DNA of 33,969 nucleotides from a virus (Duplodnaviria > Caudoviricetes), in the IMG/VR virus record IMGVR_UViG_3300012931_000897, positions 1 to 33,969 of that record; one strand, written 5' to 3'. Both the position numbers and the translations under genes were made by a program. The stretch's first letter is position 1, and each line of letters begins with the position of its first letter. Positions 32,778 to 33,969 of this stretch are shown piece after piece. Below the pieces are notes generated by a model. It was not told the origin of the DNA and ran no database searches. It saw nothing but the letters and a program-made list of their open reading frames with translations.

Positions 32778-33969
32778 CGTCCGTCTCCTCCGGCGGTGGA
32801 GCCGGCAGCAAGGCGCTCACGCACGCGCGTGCGGGCTCGAGCGCTTGCGCGGACTGGACTACCCACGCATCGTCGTAGATGTCCGTGATGGCCGCGGAGG
32901 AGTGGCCCACCATGGTCTGGACTGCCCAGTCTCCCATCTCACGGCGCAAATGGGACACGTAGGTGTGACGCAAGGAATGAGGAACCAAGCGCCGGCCATT
33001 GGCCTGGATACCGACCGCCTTGAGAGCATCTGCGAAGTGGAGGGACACGGCTTCTCCGGATAGGGGGATCTTGTGATTGTAAGTTCCGGGGAAAATCAGG
33101 TCGTCCGGTTCCGTGTGTTCCGAAAATGCCCAGTATGCGAACAGCGCCATGCTGGTTCGTTTCGACAGCAGCACGATCCGGGCCTTCCCTGATTTCGTCG
33201 TTCCGATCCTCATGGCGTCCGGGTCCGCCTTTCGCGTTTTTTTTGCCGCGGATTCGATGATCAGTGCTTTCAGCTTCCACGAAACGTGGCGCCAGCGGAG
33301 GGCGCGGGCTTCGCCTTGACGCATGCCTGTCCCTATGAGCAAAATGAAGAAGACCGCCCACTTGAAACTGCCCCAGATCCTCAGCATGGCCACCCTTTCG
33401 AAGGGGAAAAGAAGATTGATTTCGGAGAACTCCAGGGAAGAAGGCGGGTGTTCGTCTCCATGGAGCCGTCCGATCCCGGACACCGGATTCCTGTCGATCC
33501 ATTCATCCTCTTCTGCCTGGTTAAGGACGATTTTGAAAGCATTCATGACGTGGTTTTTTTTCGCGCTCCCGCCCGGCACAGTCAGGATCCATGGTTTGAC
33601 GTCTCGACGTCGGATGGCGTCGAGACGGTACTCTCCCCAGAAAGGCAGGATCTCGTCGACCAGATAATGCCGGCATCTCTCGATGTATCGTTCCTCAGGG
33701 AGGCTGTTTGAGGCCTGGCGCCAGGCCAGCCACTTGCATTTCCCGGGATCGAAGAAATCCTTGGCGAACTCCCGAAGCGTCGGAATCTGTACCCGCGTTT
33801 CCAATTGCTGGATCTGGGGCGAGGTGGGTTCGCCCAGGGATTTCTTGTAGGCGAAGTTTTCCGCCCGTTGGCGGTTGGTTTCACCGGTACTTGCGAAGTT
33901 GATCATGGAGGGGAGCTTGTAGTGGTAGATGGTTCCGCGCTTCTTGAGACGGTAAGGTTTGCTAGCCAC
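32764..33969 (-). CDS. int: Tyrosine recombinase/integrase
   Basis: TGMRQGEARALRW, TTKSGK, HSLRHT and VGHSS..ITDIY catalytic motifs. GTG start at the window edge. Confidence 0.92.
   Translation of the reverse strand: MASKPYRLKKRGTIYHYKLPSMINFASTGETNRQRAENFAYKKSLGEPTSPQIQQLETRVQIPTLREFAKDFFDPGKCKWLAWRQASNSLPEERYIERCRHYLVDEILPFWGEYRLDAIRRRDVKPWILTVPGGSAKKNHVMNAFKIVLNQAEEDEWIDRNPVSGIGRLHGDEHPPSSLEFSEINLLFPFERVAMLRIWGSFKWAVFFILLIGTGMRQGEARALRWRHVSWKLKALIIESAAKKTRKADPDAMRIGTTKSGKARIVLLSKRTSMALFAYWAFSEHTEPDDLIFPGTYNHKIPLSGEAVSLHFADALKAVGIQANGRRLVPHSLRHTYVSHLRREMGDWAVQTMVGHSSAAITDIYDDAWVVQSAQALEPARACVSALLPAPPPEETDVETD

Noticed and set aside
1-33969. Diversity-generating retroelement (expected from BPP-1-like structural genes)
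   Set aside because: No reverse transcriptase and no TR/VR pair with adenine-specific mismatches seen. The tail-fibre region lies outside the window.
32764-33969. att site or tRNA integration target
   Set aside because: The window ends at the integrase start codon, and no tRNA or att core is visible.

Overview
About 34 kb of a temperate, podovirus-type (T7/BPP-1-like virion module) prophage or phage genome, mostly GC-rich and mostly encoded on the minus strand. From right to left: tyrosine integrase; an accessory block (dinD/BRO-like gene, hicAB between 48-bp direct repeats, a small protein plus retropepsin protease pair, a RanBP2-type zinc-finger membrane protein, a secreted protein); an immunity switch (XRE repressor divergent from a ribbon-helix-helix gene); an early operon (Dam-like methylase, many small ORFs, an Acb2/Tad1-like sponge candidate, a replication initiator with internal iterons, a degenerate RusA); packaging (terS and a terL split into ATPase and nuclease genes); then portal, scaffold, major capsid, tail tube A/B, internal virion proteins and a ~1840-aa polyvalent protein with two ADP-ribosyltransferase domains, possibly cut short by an IS at the left edge. 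The most striking signal is a single type I-C CRISPR repeat in sense orientation, inside a structured ~290-nt leader with its own near-consensus sigma70 promoter, directly upstream of the major capsid gene. It is a candidate RNA anti-CRISPR or Cas5d-processed capsid mRNA. Family assignments come from motif recognition only, with no database search. The host cannot be determined from this window, and no att site, lysis genes or tail fibre are visible.
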